Shown here in pieces: positions 11,029 through 20,100 of a stretch of DNA of 64,000 bases. How positions within the stretch are numbered: the first letter of the stretch is position 1; every line of letters starts with the position of its first letter. A model generated the notes under the pieces. That model was not told where the DNA came from. It saw only the letters and a list, made by a program, of their open reading frames with translations, and made no database searches. Origin of the DNA: an uncultured Acidobacteriota bacterium (GTDB taxonomy: Bacteria; Acidobacteriota; Thermoanaerobaculia; Multivoradales; UBA5704); NCBI GenBank assembly GCA_963700145.1, contig OY969474.1:4768001-4832000 (forward strand), read 5' to 3'. Both the position numbers and the translations under genes were made by a program.

Positions 11029-11862
11029 ATGAGCACGACGGGCCGTCGGAGCGTAGCGATTGCGGTCGTCGCCGGCGCGCTGCTGGCGCTGGCGGCGGCC
11101 GAGGTCTCGGCGCAGGAGTGCGAGCGGCGGGTGTGTCGGCCGGGCGACAGGCTGGAGCGGTACCAGGGGCGGTGGGTCTGCGCCCGCGGCAACGTCATCC
11201 GCCGCGCCCCCCCGAACTTTCCCTGCCCCGCCGGCTCCGTCCTGGTCGGGCCGAGCTGCATCGATCGCTGCTGCAAGTCGGCTTGCCCCAGAGGCGGTGA
11301 ATACAAGCCGGGGGGAACGTGTGAAAGAACGGGCTTCGGGGGCGTGATCTCGTACTATCCGGCCACCTGCGACGGGGAAGGGTGGGACCTGTACCCCGCG
11401 ACCGGCTGGTGCCGGCGGCAGAACTGCCCGCCGCGCCGTCCGATCGGGGTCCCGGCGCCGCCGCGCGTCGGGCTGCCGGACCTGGTGATCGAGTCGTTCC
11501 GCATCCAGAGCCGGGAGCAGTGCCGGCCCGGTCTTCCGGTCGTCACCTTCGAGGTGGTCGTGGCCAACCGCGGCACGAGAGCGTTCGGGGGCACGACCAG
11601 CGGCATGGTCCGCGTCATCGACGAGGACGGGGGTTGGGGCGCCGTCGCGGTCCCGCTCGGCGCCGTTCCCCCCGGCGGGAGGAGGGCCGTGGCGGTCCCG
11701 TTCCCCTACCTGACCTCCGCCGCCAGGCACATCACGACCGGCGCGCCTCACCCCTTCAGGGCGACAGTGGATGCCTGGCGGTGGGTCGACGAGGTGAACG
11801 AGGGGAACAACGCGTCGCGGGTCCTCAACGTCGGCGCCCCGAGCGGCTGTCCGCCGGCTTAG
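11029..11862 (+). CDS. Secreted Cys-rich protein with C-terminal CARDB-like Ig domain
   Basis: SD GAGGAGG; signal peptide ...VSAQ; 12-Cys N-domain; LPDLVI...VANRG...VDEVNEGNN CARDB signature. Confidence 0.75.
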   Translation: MSTTGRRSVAIAVVAGALLALAAAEVSAQECERRVCRPGDRLERYQGRWVCARGNVIRRAPPNFPCPAGSVLVGPSCIDRCCKSACPRGGEYKPGGTCERTGFGGVISYYPATCDGEGWDLYPATGWCRRQNCPPRRPIGVPAPPRVGLPDLVIESFRIQSREQCRPGLPVVTFEVVVANRGTRAFGGTTSGMVRVIDEDGGWGAVAVPLGAVPPGGRRAVAVPFPYLTSAARHITTGAPHPFRATVDAWRWVDEVNEGNNASRVLNVGAPSGCPPA

Positions 11863-11874
11863 GAGGGTCCCGCC

Positions 11875-13092
11875 TTGCGACGCTTCCTGCTTTGCGCGCT
11901 GGTTTTCACGCTGTTCTCTGCGTCGGCACCCGCCCCGCCCGTCCTGGTGGTCCGCCCCGGGCGGATCATCGAAGTGGAGACCGGGCGGGCGCACGCGGGT
12001 TGGGTCGTGCGGGTCGAGGGAGAGCGGATCGCGGCCGTCGGCCCGGCGGCGAAGGTCGCCGTGCCGAAGGGGGCGCGCGTCATCGACCTTCCCGGCGCCA
12101 CGCTGCTGCCCGGGTTGATCGACGTCCACGTCCACCTCACCTGGGACGACGGCCGGTCGGCGGCCAGCGCCGGCGCCGCGCGGCGCACGCTCGCGGCGGG
12201 CTTCACCACGGTGCGGAGCTGCGGCGCGCCGGGGGGCGCGGACCTCGTCCTGCGCGACGCCATCGCCCGCGGCACCGTCGAGGGCCCGCGCGTGGTGGCC
12301 GCGGGGGCGCCGCTGGGCTTCGCCGGCGGCGTCTGCGCGCAGGTGTTCCCGGGCGAGGGCGTCTTCGAGACCGCCGAGCAAGCGCTCGCCCACGTCCGCC
12401 GGCTCGCCGCCGCCGGCGCCTCGTGGGCGAAGGTCTGCGCCGGCGGCGGCGTCCTGCCCGGCCCCGACGACGAGGCGACGGTCGAGGTGCCGCCGCCGAT
12501 CCTCGCCGCCATCGTCGCGGAGGCGCACCGGCTCAAGCTCAAGGTGGCGGCGCACGCGCAAGGCCCGGCGGCGGTCGTGGCGGCGGTGAAGGCCGGAGTG
12601 GACTCGATCGAGCACGGCTCCCTGCTCGACGAGGCGGCGGCGCGGCTGATGATCGACCGCGGCACCTGGCTGGTGCCGACCGTCGCCCGGCTGCGCTGGA
12701 GCCGCGAGGGGGCCGAGGCGTCCGGCGCGCCGCCCGAGGCGCTGGCGCGCGCCGCGGCCGAGGCCCGCCAGCGGCTGCGGCGGGCGATCGCGCTCGGCGT
12801 ACCGGTGGCGCTGGGCAGCGACGCCACCGTCATCCCGCACGGCCTCAACGCCCGCGAGGTCGCCGCCCTGGTGGAGCTGGGGATGACGCCGCCGCAGGCG
12901 CTGCGCGCCGCCACCGTGGAAGCCGCGAAGCTCCTCGGTTGGAGCGACCGCGTCGGCTCGCTGCGCCCGGGCCACTTCGCCGACCTGCTCGCCGTGGCCG
13001 GCGACCCCCTGGCCGACCCGGCGGCACTTGAGAAGGTGCTGCTCGTCGTCAAGGGCGGTGTGGTGGTGCGCGAGCCCGCGGCGGCGCCTTGA
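11875..13092 (+). CDS. Exported metal-dependent amidohydrolase (Xaa-Pro dipeptidase-like)
   Basis: LLPGLIDVHVH, AAHAQG, SIEHG, GSDA metal ligands; SD AGGAGG before TTG start. Confidence 0.85.
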   Translation: MRRFLLCALVFTLFSASAPAPPVLVVRPGRIIEVETGRAHAGWVVRVEGERIAAVGPAAKVAVPKGARVIDLPGATLLPGLIDVHVHLTWDDGRSAASAGAARRTLAAGFTTVRSCGAPGGADLVLRDAIARGTVEGPRVVAAGAPLGFAGGVCAQVFPGEGVFETAEQALAHVRRLAAAGASWAKVCAGGGVLPGPDDEATVEVPPPILAAIVAEAHRLKLKVAAHAQGPAAVVAAVKAGVDSIEHGSLLDEAAARLMIDRGTWLVPTVARLRWSREGAEASGAPPEALARAAAEARQRLRRAIALGVPVALGSDATVIPHGLNAREVAALVELGMTPPQALRAATVEAAKLLGWSDRVGSLRPGHFADLLAVAGDPLADPAALEKVLLVVKGGVVVREPAAAP

Positions 13093-13137
13093 TGACAGAC
13101 TAGCCGCACCAAGCGACTTCACGAGGGGTTTGCGGCC

Positions 13138-14493
13138 ATGCCCGACTTGCAGGACGGGTTCTGGGACAACCTCCTGGACTACATCCAGGACCGGACCGTC
13201 GTGCCCGTCATCGGCTCGGAGCTCGTCACGGTCCGGGAAGGCGACCGGGACGTGCCGCTCTACCGCTGGGTGGCGCAGCGACTGGCCGCCGACCTCGCGC
13301 TGCCCACCGCGGAGCTTCCCGCGGGCTTCGAGCTCAACGACGTCGTGTCGCTGCACCTGCGCCGGCGCGGCGAGCGGGAGGAGCTCTACGCCCAGATCCA
13401 CCGCATGCTGCGCAACGCCGCGCCGGCGCCGCCCGAGCCGTTGCGGGCGCTGGCCGGCATCCCGGGGTTCGACCTCTTCGTCTCGCTGACCTTCGACTCG
13501 CTGCTGGCGGGCGCCCTCGGCGGCGCGCGGCAGATCGCGTACTCGCCGAGCACCGTCCGCGACCTCCCCGGCCCGAAGGCCGAGCTGCGGCAGCCGGTGG
13601 TGTTCCACCTCCTGGGGCAGGCGTCGGCCTCCCCGGACTACGCGATCTGCGACGAGGACCTGCTCGAGTTCCTGCACGCCATGCAGGACAAGCAGCGGCA
13701 GCCCAAGACGCTGTTCGACGAGCTGCGCGGCAACCATCTCCTCATCCTCGGCTGCAGCTTCGGGGACTGGCTGGCGCGCTTCTTCCTGCGCACCGCCCGG
13801 AGCCTCGAGCTGTCGCAGAAGCGCCGGCGTTGGGACGTGCTGGTGGGCGAGCGGATCGCGCACGACCCCGGGCTGGCGCTGTTCCTCGAAAGCTTCAGCT
13901 CCGACGCCCGGGTGGTGCCGATGACCGCGGCAGAGTTCGTCATCGAGCTGGCGGCCCGCTGGTCGGCCACGCATCCCGCGCCGGCGCCGGGCGCGGAGCC
14001 CGCGGCACGCGACGCGGGCGAGGGCGGCAAGAGCGTCCCGCAGGGGGCGGTCTTCGTCAGCTACGCGCACGAGGACGTCGACGCCGCCCTCAGGCTGGCC
14101 GAGGGCCTGCGCGCGGCCGGCCTGGAGGTCTGGTTCGACAAGAACGCCCTGCAGATGGGGGACGACTGGGCGCGCAGCATCCGGCGCGGCATCGAGCGCT
14201 GCTCGCTGTTCCTGCCGGTGATCTCACGCCAGGCCGTGAGCGAGGAGAACCGGCGCCGCTACTTCTGGCGGGAGTGGAACGACGCCGACGACTTCGCGCG
14301 CGGGATGGCGCCGGACGAAGTGTTCATCGTCCCCGTGGTGATCGACGACACGCGCATCGATCGCGCCCCGCTGCCGGACTCCTTCAAGCGCGCGCAGGGC
14401 AGGAACCTGCCGGGCGGCGATGTCGCGCCCGAGGTCGCCGAGCTGCTCAAAGAGCGCGTCCGCGACTTCCACCGCCGGCAGCGGGCGGCCTGA
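13138..14493 (+). CDS. SIR2-like (degenerate) domain fused to a C-terminal TIR domain
   Basis: VVPVIGSEL / FVSLTFDSLL / VFHLLG / LILGCSFGDW align with sirtuin-like motifs; VFVSYAHED...VWFD...GDDW...FLPVIS...FWREW...IVPVVID is TIR_2. Confidence 0.85.
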   Translation: MPDLQDGFWDNLLDYIQDRTVVPVIGSELVTVREGDRDVPLYRWVAQRLAADLALPTAELPAGFELNDVVSLHLRRRGEREELYAQIHRMLRNAAPAPPEPLRALAGIPGFDLFVSLTFDSLLAGALGGARQIAYSPSTVRDLPGPKAELRQPVVFHLLGQASASPDYAICDEDLLEFLHAMQDKQRQPKTLFDELRGNHLLILGCSFGDWLARFFLRTARSLELSQKRRRWDVLVGERIAHDPGLALFLESFSSDARVVPMTAAEFVIELAARWSATHPAPAPGAEPAARDAGEGGKSVPQGAVFVSYAHEDVDAALRLAEGLRAAGLEVWFDKNALQMGDDWARSIRRGIERCSLFLPVISRQAVSEENRRRYFWREWNDADDFARGMAPDEVFIVPVVIDDTRIDRAPLPDSFKRAQGRNLPGGDVAPEVAELLKERVRDFHRRQRAA

Positions 14494-14500
14494 CCGCGAG

Positions 14501-17500
14501 ATGGCCGCGCTGCAACGCCAGGGCCTGAGCCCCGACAACCCCTGGCCCGGGCTCGATCCCTTTGACGAGACGGACCGGAAGTACTTCCACGGCCGGGAGG
14601 CGGAGTCGGGCGAGCTGCTGCGGCTGGTCCGCCGCGAGCTGCTGACGGTTCTGTTCGGGCGTTCCGGGCTGGGCAAGACCTCGCTGCTCAAGGCCGGGCT
14701 GTTCCCGCTGCTGCGCGGGCAGGACGGCTTGCCGGTCTACGTGCGCCTCGACCATGGCGAGGGCGCGCCGGCGCTAAGCGAGCAGGTGCTGCGCGCGCTG
14801 CAGGCGGCGTGCGATGCCGACCGGGTGCAGGCGGCGCGGCCCGCCGCGGACGAGAGCCTCTGGTCCTTCTTCCACCGCCGCGACGCCGAGTTCTGGAGCG
14901 AGCGCAACCGCCCAGTGACCCCGGTGGTCGTCTTCGACCAGTTCGAGGAGGTCTTCACGCTCGGCCAGGAATCCGAAGCGTCCCAGAGCCGCTCGGCCGC
15001 CTTCCTGGCGGAGCTGGGCGACCTGGTGGAGAACCGTCCGCCCGACGCGGTCAGAGAGGTGCTGGAAGCCAAGCCCGCGGCGGCGCGGCGCTTCGACTTC
15101 AAGCGCTCGACCGCCAAGCTGGTGCTCAGCTTCCGCGAGGACTTCCTGGCCGAGATGGAAGGGCTCAAGGAGCGGATGCCCTCTCTCATGTACAACCGCT
15201 TCCGCCTGCTGGCGATGAGCGGCGCCCAGGCCTACGACGTCGTCACCTGCCCCGGCGGGCACCTGGTGGACGACGACGTCGCGCGGCGGATCATCCGGCT
15301 GGCCTGGAAGAACGAGCCCAGCCCCCCCGTCGAGCCGGCGGAGTTCCCCAAGATCGAGATCGACCCGGCGTTGTTGAGCGTGGTGTGCAGCGAGCTGAAC
15401 CACAAGCGCCGGCAGGCGCAGCCGCCGCTCGAGCGCATCACCCCCGCGCTGCTGGAGGGCGCCGACCGCGAGATCCTCGCCGGCTTCTACGAGCGCGGCA
15501 TGGCCGGCCTCGATCCCCGCGTCCGGGCGTTCGTCGAGGACGAGCTGATCACCGACCGCGGCTTCCGCGACAACCACGCCCTGGAGGACGCGCTGGCCCT
15601 GCCCGGCGTCACCGCCGAGGCGCTCGACGCGCTGATCCGGCGCCGCCTGCTGCGCGTGGACGAGCGGCAGAGCGTGCGCCGGCTGGAGCTGACCCACGAC
15701 GTGCTGGCCCGCGTGGTCAAGGACAGCCGCGACAACCGCCGCGCCCGCGAAGCGGAGGAGGCGGCGGCGGCCCGGGAGCGGGCGGCGCTCGCGCAGCAGC
15801 GGCGCAACCGGCGCAACGCCGCGTTCGTGCTCGCGGCGGCGGTCGTGGTGGTCGTGCTCGCCGGCCTCGCGACGTGGTTCGCCTGGCAGGTCAGGGACCA
15901 GAAGCGCCGCGCCGCCGAGCTGCTGACCGCGGCGGAGGGCACGCGGCTGGTGGCCAACGCCGATCGGCTGGAAGAAAACGACTACGACGCCTCCCTGCTG
16001 GTCAACGTGGAGGCGCTCGGCGTGGCGCCGACGCTCGACGCGCAGGCGGGGCTCCTCCGGCGCTTCGTCAGCCACCCGCACCTGGCGGCGTTCATGCCGG
16101 CGGCCGAGGCAGTCTTCGGCGTCGCCTTCAGCCCGGACGGCAAGCGGCTGGCCGCGGCGAGCGGGGACCAGACCGTGCTGTGGGACGTGGACGGCCGCAA
16201 GCCGGCGGCGACTCTGGCGGGGCACGACGACGCCGTCCTCGGCGTCGCCTTCAGCCCGGACGGGCGGCGGCTGGCCTCAGCGAGCCGGGACGGGCGCGTG
16301 ATCCTGTGGGACGTGGACCGCCGCGAGCCGCTGGCCTCGCTCGCGGGGCACACGGCCGATGTCTTCAGCGTCGCCTTCAGCCCGGACGGCAAACGGCTGG
16401 CCTCGGCGAGCCGGGACGAGACCGTGGTCGTCTGGGACGTGGAAAGCCACCAGCCGCTGGTCTCGCTCCGCGGGCACGAAAACACGATCTTCGGCGTCGC
16501 CTTCAGCCCGGACGGCAAGCGGCTGGCCTCGGCGAGTGGAGACCAGACCGCGATCCTGTGGGACCTGGAGAGCCGCCGGCCGCTGGCCACGCTCCGGGGC
16601 CACGAGGCCCTGGTCTCCAGTGTCGCCTTCAGCCCGGACGGCCGGCGGCTGGCCACGGGAAGCTGGGACGAGGACGTGATCGTGTGGGACGTGGACAGCG
16701 GCCAGCAGCTCGCCTCGCTGGAGGGGCACAAGGCCGCGGTCGTCGGCGTGGCCTTCAGCCCGGACGGGAAGCGGCTGGCCTCGGCGAGTCGGGACTGGAC
16801 CGCGATCCTCTGGGACGTGGACAGCCGCGAGCTTCTGGCCTCGCTGGAGGGGCACAGGAACGAGGTCACCGGCGTCGCCTTCAGCCCCGACGGCCAGCGG
16901 CTGGCCACGTCGAGCCTCGACCGCAGCCTGGCCCTGTGGGAGGTGGAGCGCCGCCGGCCGCTGACCACGCTGCGGGGGCACGAGAGCACGGTCTACGGCG
17001 TCGTCTTCAGCCCGGACGGCAAGCGGGTGGCCTCGGCGAGCGAAGACAAGACGGTGATCGTGTGGAACGTGGCCGGCCGTACACCGGCGGCCACGCTCAA
17101 GGGGCACAAGGATACGGTCATCAGCGTTGCCTTCTCCCCCGACGGCGAGCGGCTGGCTTCGGTGAGCGAGGACAAGACGGTGATCGTGTGGGACGTGGCC
17201 GGCCGCCGGCCGCCGGTGACGCTGCGGGGGCACGCGGCCGAGGTCTACGGCGTCGCCGCCGGCCCGGACGGACTACTGGCCTCGGCGGGTGAGGACAAGA
17301 CGGTGATCCTGTGGGATGTCGACGGCCGCCGGCCGCAGGCCAAGCTGGAGGGGCACGGGGGGGCGATCTACGACCTGACCTGCAGCCCGGACGGCAAGCG
17401 GCTGGCCTCGGCGAGCCGGGACAAGACCGTGATCCTGTGGGACGTCGCCGGCCGCCGGCTGCAGGCCAAGCTGGAGGGGCACAAGGACGCGGCCGAAGGC

Positions 17501-17965
17501 GTGGCCTTCAGCCCGGACGGCAAACGCGTGGCGTCGGGGAGCGGGGACAAGTCCGTCATCCTGTGGGACGTGGACGGCCGCCAGCCGCTGGCCACGCTCC
17601 GGGGGCACACGGACGCGGTCTTCGGCGTCGCCTTCAGCCCGGACCGCAAGCGCCTGGCCTCGGCGAGCTGGGACGGGACCGTCATTCTGTGGGACGTGGA
17701 GAGCCACCAGCCGCTGGCGACGCTCGCCGGCCACAAGGGCGGGGTCTTCGGCGTGTCCTTCAGCCCGGACGGCAAACGCCTGGCCTCGGCGAGCCAGGAC
17801 AAGACCGTCATCCTGTGGGACCTGGACCCGGCCGTCCTCGCGGCCGAGGCCTGCCGCACGGCCAACCGCAACCTGACCTGCGAGGAGTGGCGCAACTACA
17901 TCGGCGCCGACAAGCCCTACCGCGAGACCTGCCCGGGGCTGCCTGGGCCCGGGCGGTGCGATTGA
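14501..17965 (+). CDS. nSTAND1-type P-loop NTPase, single TM helix, 14 WD40 repeats
   Basis: NPWPGLDPF..YFHGRE, Walker A GRSGLGKTS, Walker B VVVFDQFEE, SFREDF, ELTHD; hydrophobic AFVLAAAVVVVVLAGLATWFAW; GH..WD repeats; C-terminal ACRTANRNLTCEEW. Confidence 0.9.
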   Translation: MAALQRQGLSPDNPWPGLDPFDETDRKYFHGREAESGELLRLVRRELLTVLFGRSGLGKTSLLKAGLFPLLRGQDGLPVYVRLDHGEGAPALSEQVLRALQAACDADRVQAARPAADESLWSFFHRRDAEFWSERNRPVTPVVVFDQFEEVFTLGQESEASQSRSAAFLAELGDLVENRPPDAVREVLEAKPAAARRFDFKRSTAKLVLSFREDFLAEMEGLKERMPSLMYNRFRLLAMSGAQAYDVVTCPGGHLVDDDVARRIIRLAWKNEPSPPVEPAEFPKIEIDPALLSVVCSELNHKRRQAQPPLERITPALLEGADREILAGFYERGMAGLDPRVRAFVEDELITDRGFRDNHALEDALALPGVTAEALDALIRRRLLRVDERQSVRRLELTHDVLARVVKDSRDNRRAREAEEAAAARERAALAQQRRNRRNAAFVLAAAVVVVVLAGLATWFAWQVRDQKRRAAELLTAAEGTRLVANADRLEENDYDASLLVNVEALGVAPTLDAQAGLLRRFVSHPHLAAFMPAAEAVFGVAFSPDGKRLAAASGDQTVLWDVDGRKPAATLAGHDDAVLGVAFSPDGRRLASASRDGRVILWDVDRREPLASLAGHTADVFSVAFSPDGKRLASASRDETVVVWDVESHQPLVSLRGHENTIFGVAFSPDGKRLASASGDQTAILWDLESRRPLATLRGHEALVSSVAFSPDGRRLATGSWDEDVIVWDVDSGQQLASLEGHKAAVVGVAFSPDGKRLASASRDWTAILWDVDSRELLASLEGHRNEVTGVAFSPDGQRLATSSLDRSLALWEVERRRPLTTLRGHESTVYGVVFSPDGKRVASASEDKTVIVWNVAGRTPAATLKGHKDTVISVAFSPDGERLASVSEDKTVIVWDVAGRRPPVTLRGHAAEVYGVAAGPDGLLASAGEDKTVILWDVDGRRPQAKLEGHGGAIYDLTCSPDGKRLASASRDKTVILWDVAGRRLQAKLEGHKDAAEGVAFSPDGKRVASGSGDKSVILWDVDGRQPLATLRGHTDAVFGVAFSPDRKRLASASWDGTVILWDVESHQPLATLAGHKGGVFGVSFSPDGKRLASASQDKTVILWDLDPAVLAAEACRTANRNLTCEEWRNYIGADKPYRETCPGLPGPGRCD
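16105..17825 (+). repeat. 14 tandem ~126-bp WD40-coding repeats with high internal DNA identity
   Basis: GTCGCCTTCAGCCCGGACGGC...CTGGCCTCGGCGAG...TGGGAC recurs at ~126-bp spacing. Confidence 0.9.
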
Positions 17966-17981
17966 CCTCGGCAGCCCGGCG

Positions 17982-19820
17982 CTACGGGAGGCTCGCGCTG
18001 GCCGCGGTGGCGCCGGCGGCGCGCACCTCGGCGATCAGCTCGTCACGGGTGATCAGCTCGCCGAAGAGGTGGGGGCCGCGGCCGGGGCGGTAGAGGAGGT
18101 AGAAGGGGATGCCGTAGCGGCCGTGGGCGGCGAGGAAGGCGCGAATCTCCTCGTCCTTGTTCGTCCAGTCGGCCTTCATCGGCACCACGCCGTGCTCGCG
18201 GAAGGCGCCGGCCACCTCCGGCGTCTCCAGCACCCACCGCTCGTTGACCTTGCAGGTGAAGCACCAGTCGGCGGTGACGTCGACGAAGACCGGCGTGCCG
18301 CGCGCGGCGAGCGCCTGGGCCCGCGCGCCGTCGAACGGCACCCAGGCGATCAGCTTGCGCGCCGGCTCGACGCCGTTGCCGGTCGCCGCGCCCGCCTCGC
18401 CGGCGACGGCGAGGAGGAGCGGCGCCACCGCCGCCGCCAGCACGCCGACGGCGGCGACGCGCCGCAGGGCCGACCCGACGACCGCGCGGTGGCGCATCCA
18501 GACCAGGAGGCCGAGAGCGAGGAGCGCCAGCTCGATCGCCGCGCGCCGCTCGGCCGAGACCTGCGACGCCAGCACGTAGAGCAGCCAGACCGCGGCCGCG
18601 GCGAGGAAGAAGCCCATCGTCCCCTTGAGGGTGTCCATCCACGGTCCCGGCTTCGGCAGCAGGCGCGCGGCGCCGGGCCAGGCGGCGAGGAGCAGATAAG
18701 GCAGTGCCATACCGACGCCGATCGCGGTGAAGACCGCGATCACGATGCCCGTGTCCTGGCCGAGCGCGAAGCCTAACGCCGTACCGAGGAAGGGGGCCGA
18801 GCAGGGGGTCGCCATGAGAGTGGCGAAGAGGCCGGTCGCGAAGTGCCCCGCCACCCCCTCGCGCGGCCCGCCGCCGGCGAGGCGCGCGACCCGCCAGGGC
18901 AGGGTGATCTCGAAGAGCCCCCAGAGGTTGAGGCAGAAGAGGACGACGACGACCGCCAGGAAGGCGACGAAGCCCGGCCGCTGGAACTGCACCCCCCAGC
19001 CGACCGCCGAGCCCGCGGCGCGCGCCGCGACCGCCGCCGCGGCGAGCCCCCAGAAGGAGACCAGGATGCCGGCCGCGGTGGCGAGCGAGCCGCGCACCAC
19101 CTCCCGCCGCCCCTGCCCGGCGCTCTGCACCAGGCCGAAGACCTTGAGCGAGAGGACGGGCAGGACGCAGGGCATGGCGTTGAGGATGAGGCCGCCGAGG
19201 ATGCCGAGGAGGATGGCGAAGCCGCCGGCCGAGAGCGCAGCGCGGCGCGAGACGGCGGTGGCCGCGGCGCCCGCGCCCGCCCCGGCGTCTGGCGGCGCCG
19301 CGGCGCCGGTGGCCTCGCCGCCGCTGCCGACCGTGAGGTCGAGCTTGGCGGTCGCCTCGGTCGGCGGAAGGCACTGCTGGTCGTCGCAGGCCTGGTACTG
19401 CAGGGTGGCGACGACCGGATAGCCGCCGGCCGCGGCACCGGCCGGCACCGCGAGCTCGGCGTGGATCTCGACCGTCCCGTCGTAGACCGCCAGCGGCTCC
19501 TCGGCGAAGGTGAACTTCTGTTTCTCCGCCTCGGGGTAGGTGATCGCGCCGGCCTTCCACCCCTCGGGCAGGGTGAGGGCAAGCTCGGTGGGGATCAGGT
19601 AATCGAACGTCGGGACGTTGGCGTTGACGTGCCACCCGTCCTCGACGGTCACGCGCGCCACGACGACGGCGGCGCTTCCCGGCGCGTAGGCGGTGCGGTC
19701 GGCGGTGAGGGTAAGGGAGGCTTTTTCGAGGTCGGGAGGCTGCGCGAAGCCCGCCGGCGCCACGGCGAAGGCGAGGGCGGCGAGAGCTAGGACGGCGGCG
19801 CGGAAACGGGGCGTGCGCAT
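17982..19820 (-). CDS. dsbD: Thiol:disulfide interchange protein DsbD family
   Basis: N-domain YQACDDQQCLPP, TM LNAMPCVLP and ATPCSAPFLG, thioredoxin ADWCFTCK. Confidence 0.9.
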   Translation of the reverse strand: MRTPRFRAAVLALAALAFAVAPAGFAQPPDLEKASLTLTADRTAYAPGSAAVVVARVTVEDGWHVNANVPTFDYLIPTELALTLPEGWKAGAITYPEAEKQKFTFAEEPLAVYDGTVEIHAELAVPAGAAAGGYPVVATLQYQACDDQQCLPPTEATAKLDLTVGSGGEATGAAAPPDAGAGAGAAATAVSRRAALSAGGFAILLGILGGLILNAMPCVLPVLSLKVFGLVQSAGQGRREVVRGSLATAAGILVSFWGLAAAAVAARAAGSAVGWGVQFQRPGFVAFLAVVVVLFCLNLWGLFEITLPWRVARLAGGGPREGVAGHFATGLFATLMATPCSAPFLGTALGFALGQDTGIVIAVFTAIGVGMALPYLLLAAWPGAARLLPKPGPWMDTLKGTMGFFLAAAAVWLLYVLASQVSAERRAAIELALLALGLLVWMRHRAVVGSALRRVAAVGVLAAAVAPLLLAVAGEAGAATGNGVEPARKLIAWVPFDGARAQALAARGTPVFVDVTADWCFTCKVNERWVLETPEVAGAFREHGVVPMKADWTNKDEEIRAFLAAHGRYGIPFYLLYRPGRGPHLFGELITRDELIAEVRAAGATAASASLP

Positions 19821-19895
19821 CGCCCCGCATGATACCAGCGGGCGGATCACGCCAAATTGACGCCCCGAAGCGCTCCAACCTGGAGTTTACCGGCC

Positions 19896-20070
19896 CATCT
19901 CGGAGATTGGCGGCCGATCTCGGAGATCGGCGGACGGTCATGGAGATCGCCGGACGATCACGGAGATGGAGCGCCGATCACCGTAACTGGGCCCTCCGTC
20001 ACCGAGATTGCGCGCCGATCACGGAAATCGGGCGACGATCTCGGAGATGAAGCGTTGATCTCGGAGATGG
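19896..20070. repeat. Array of 9 palindromic cores (GATC[A/T]CGGAGAT) at 20-bp period
   Basis: Cores start at 19896, 19916, 19936, 19956, 19976, 19997, 20017, 20037, 20057; variable 8-9 nt linkers. Confidence 0.8.
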
Positions 20071-20100
20071 GGCGTTTTGCTGCGCGCTTGATCGACCGTT

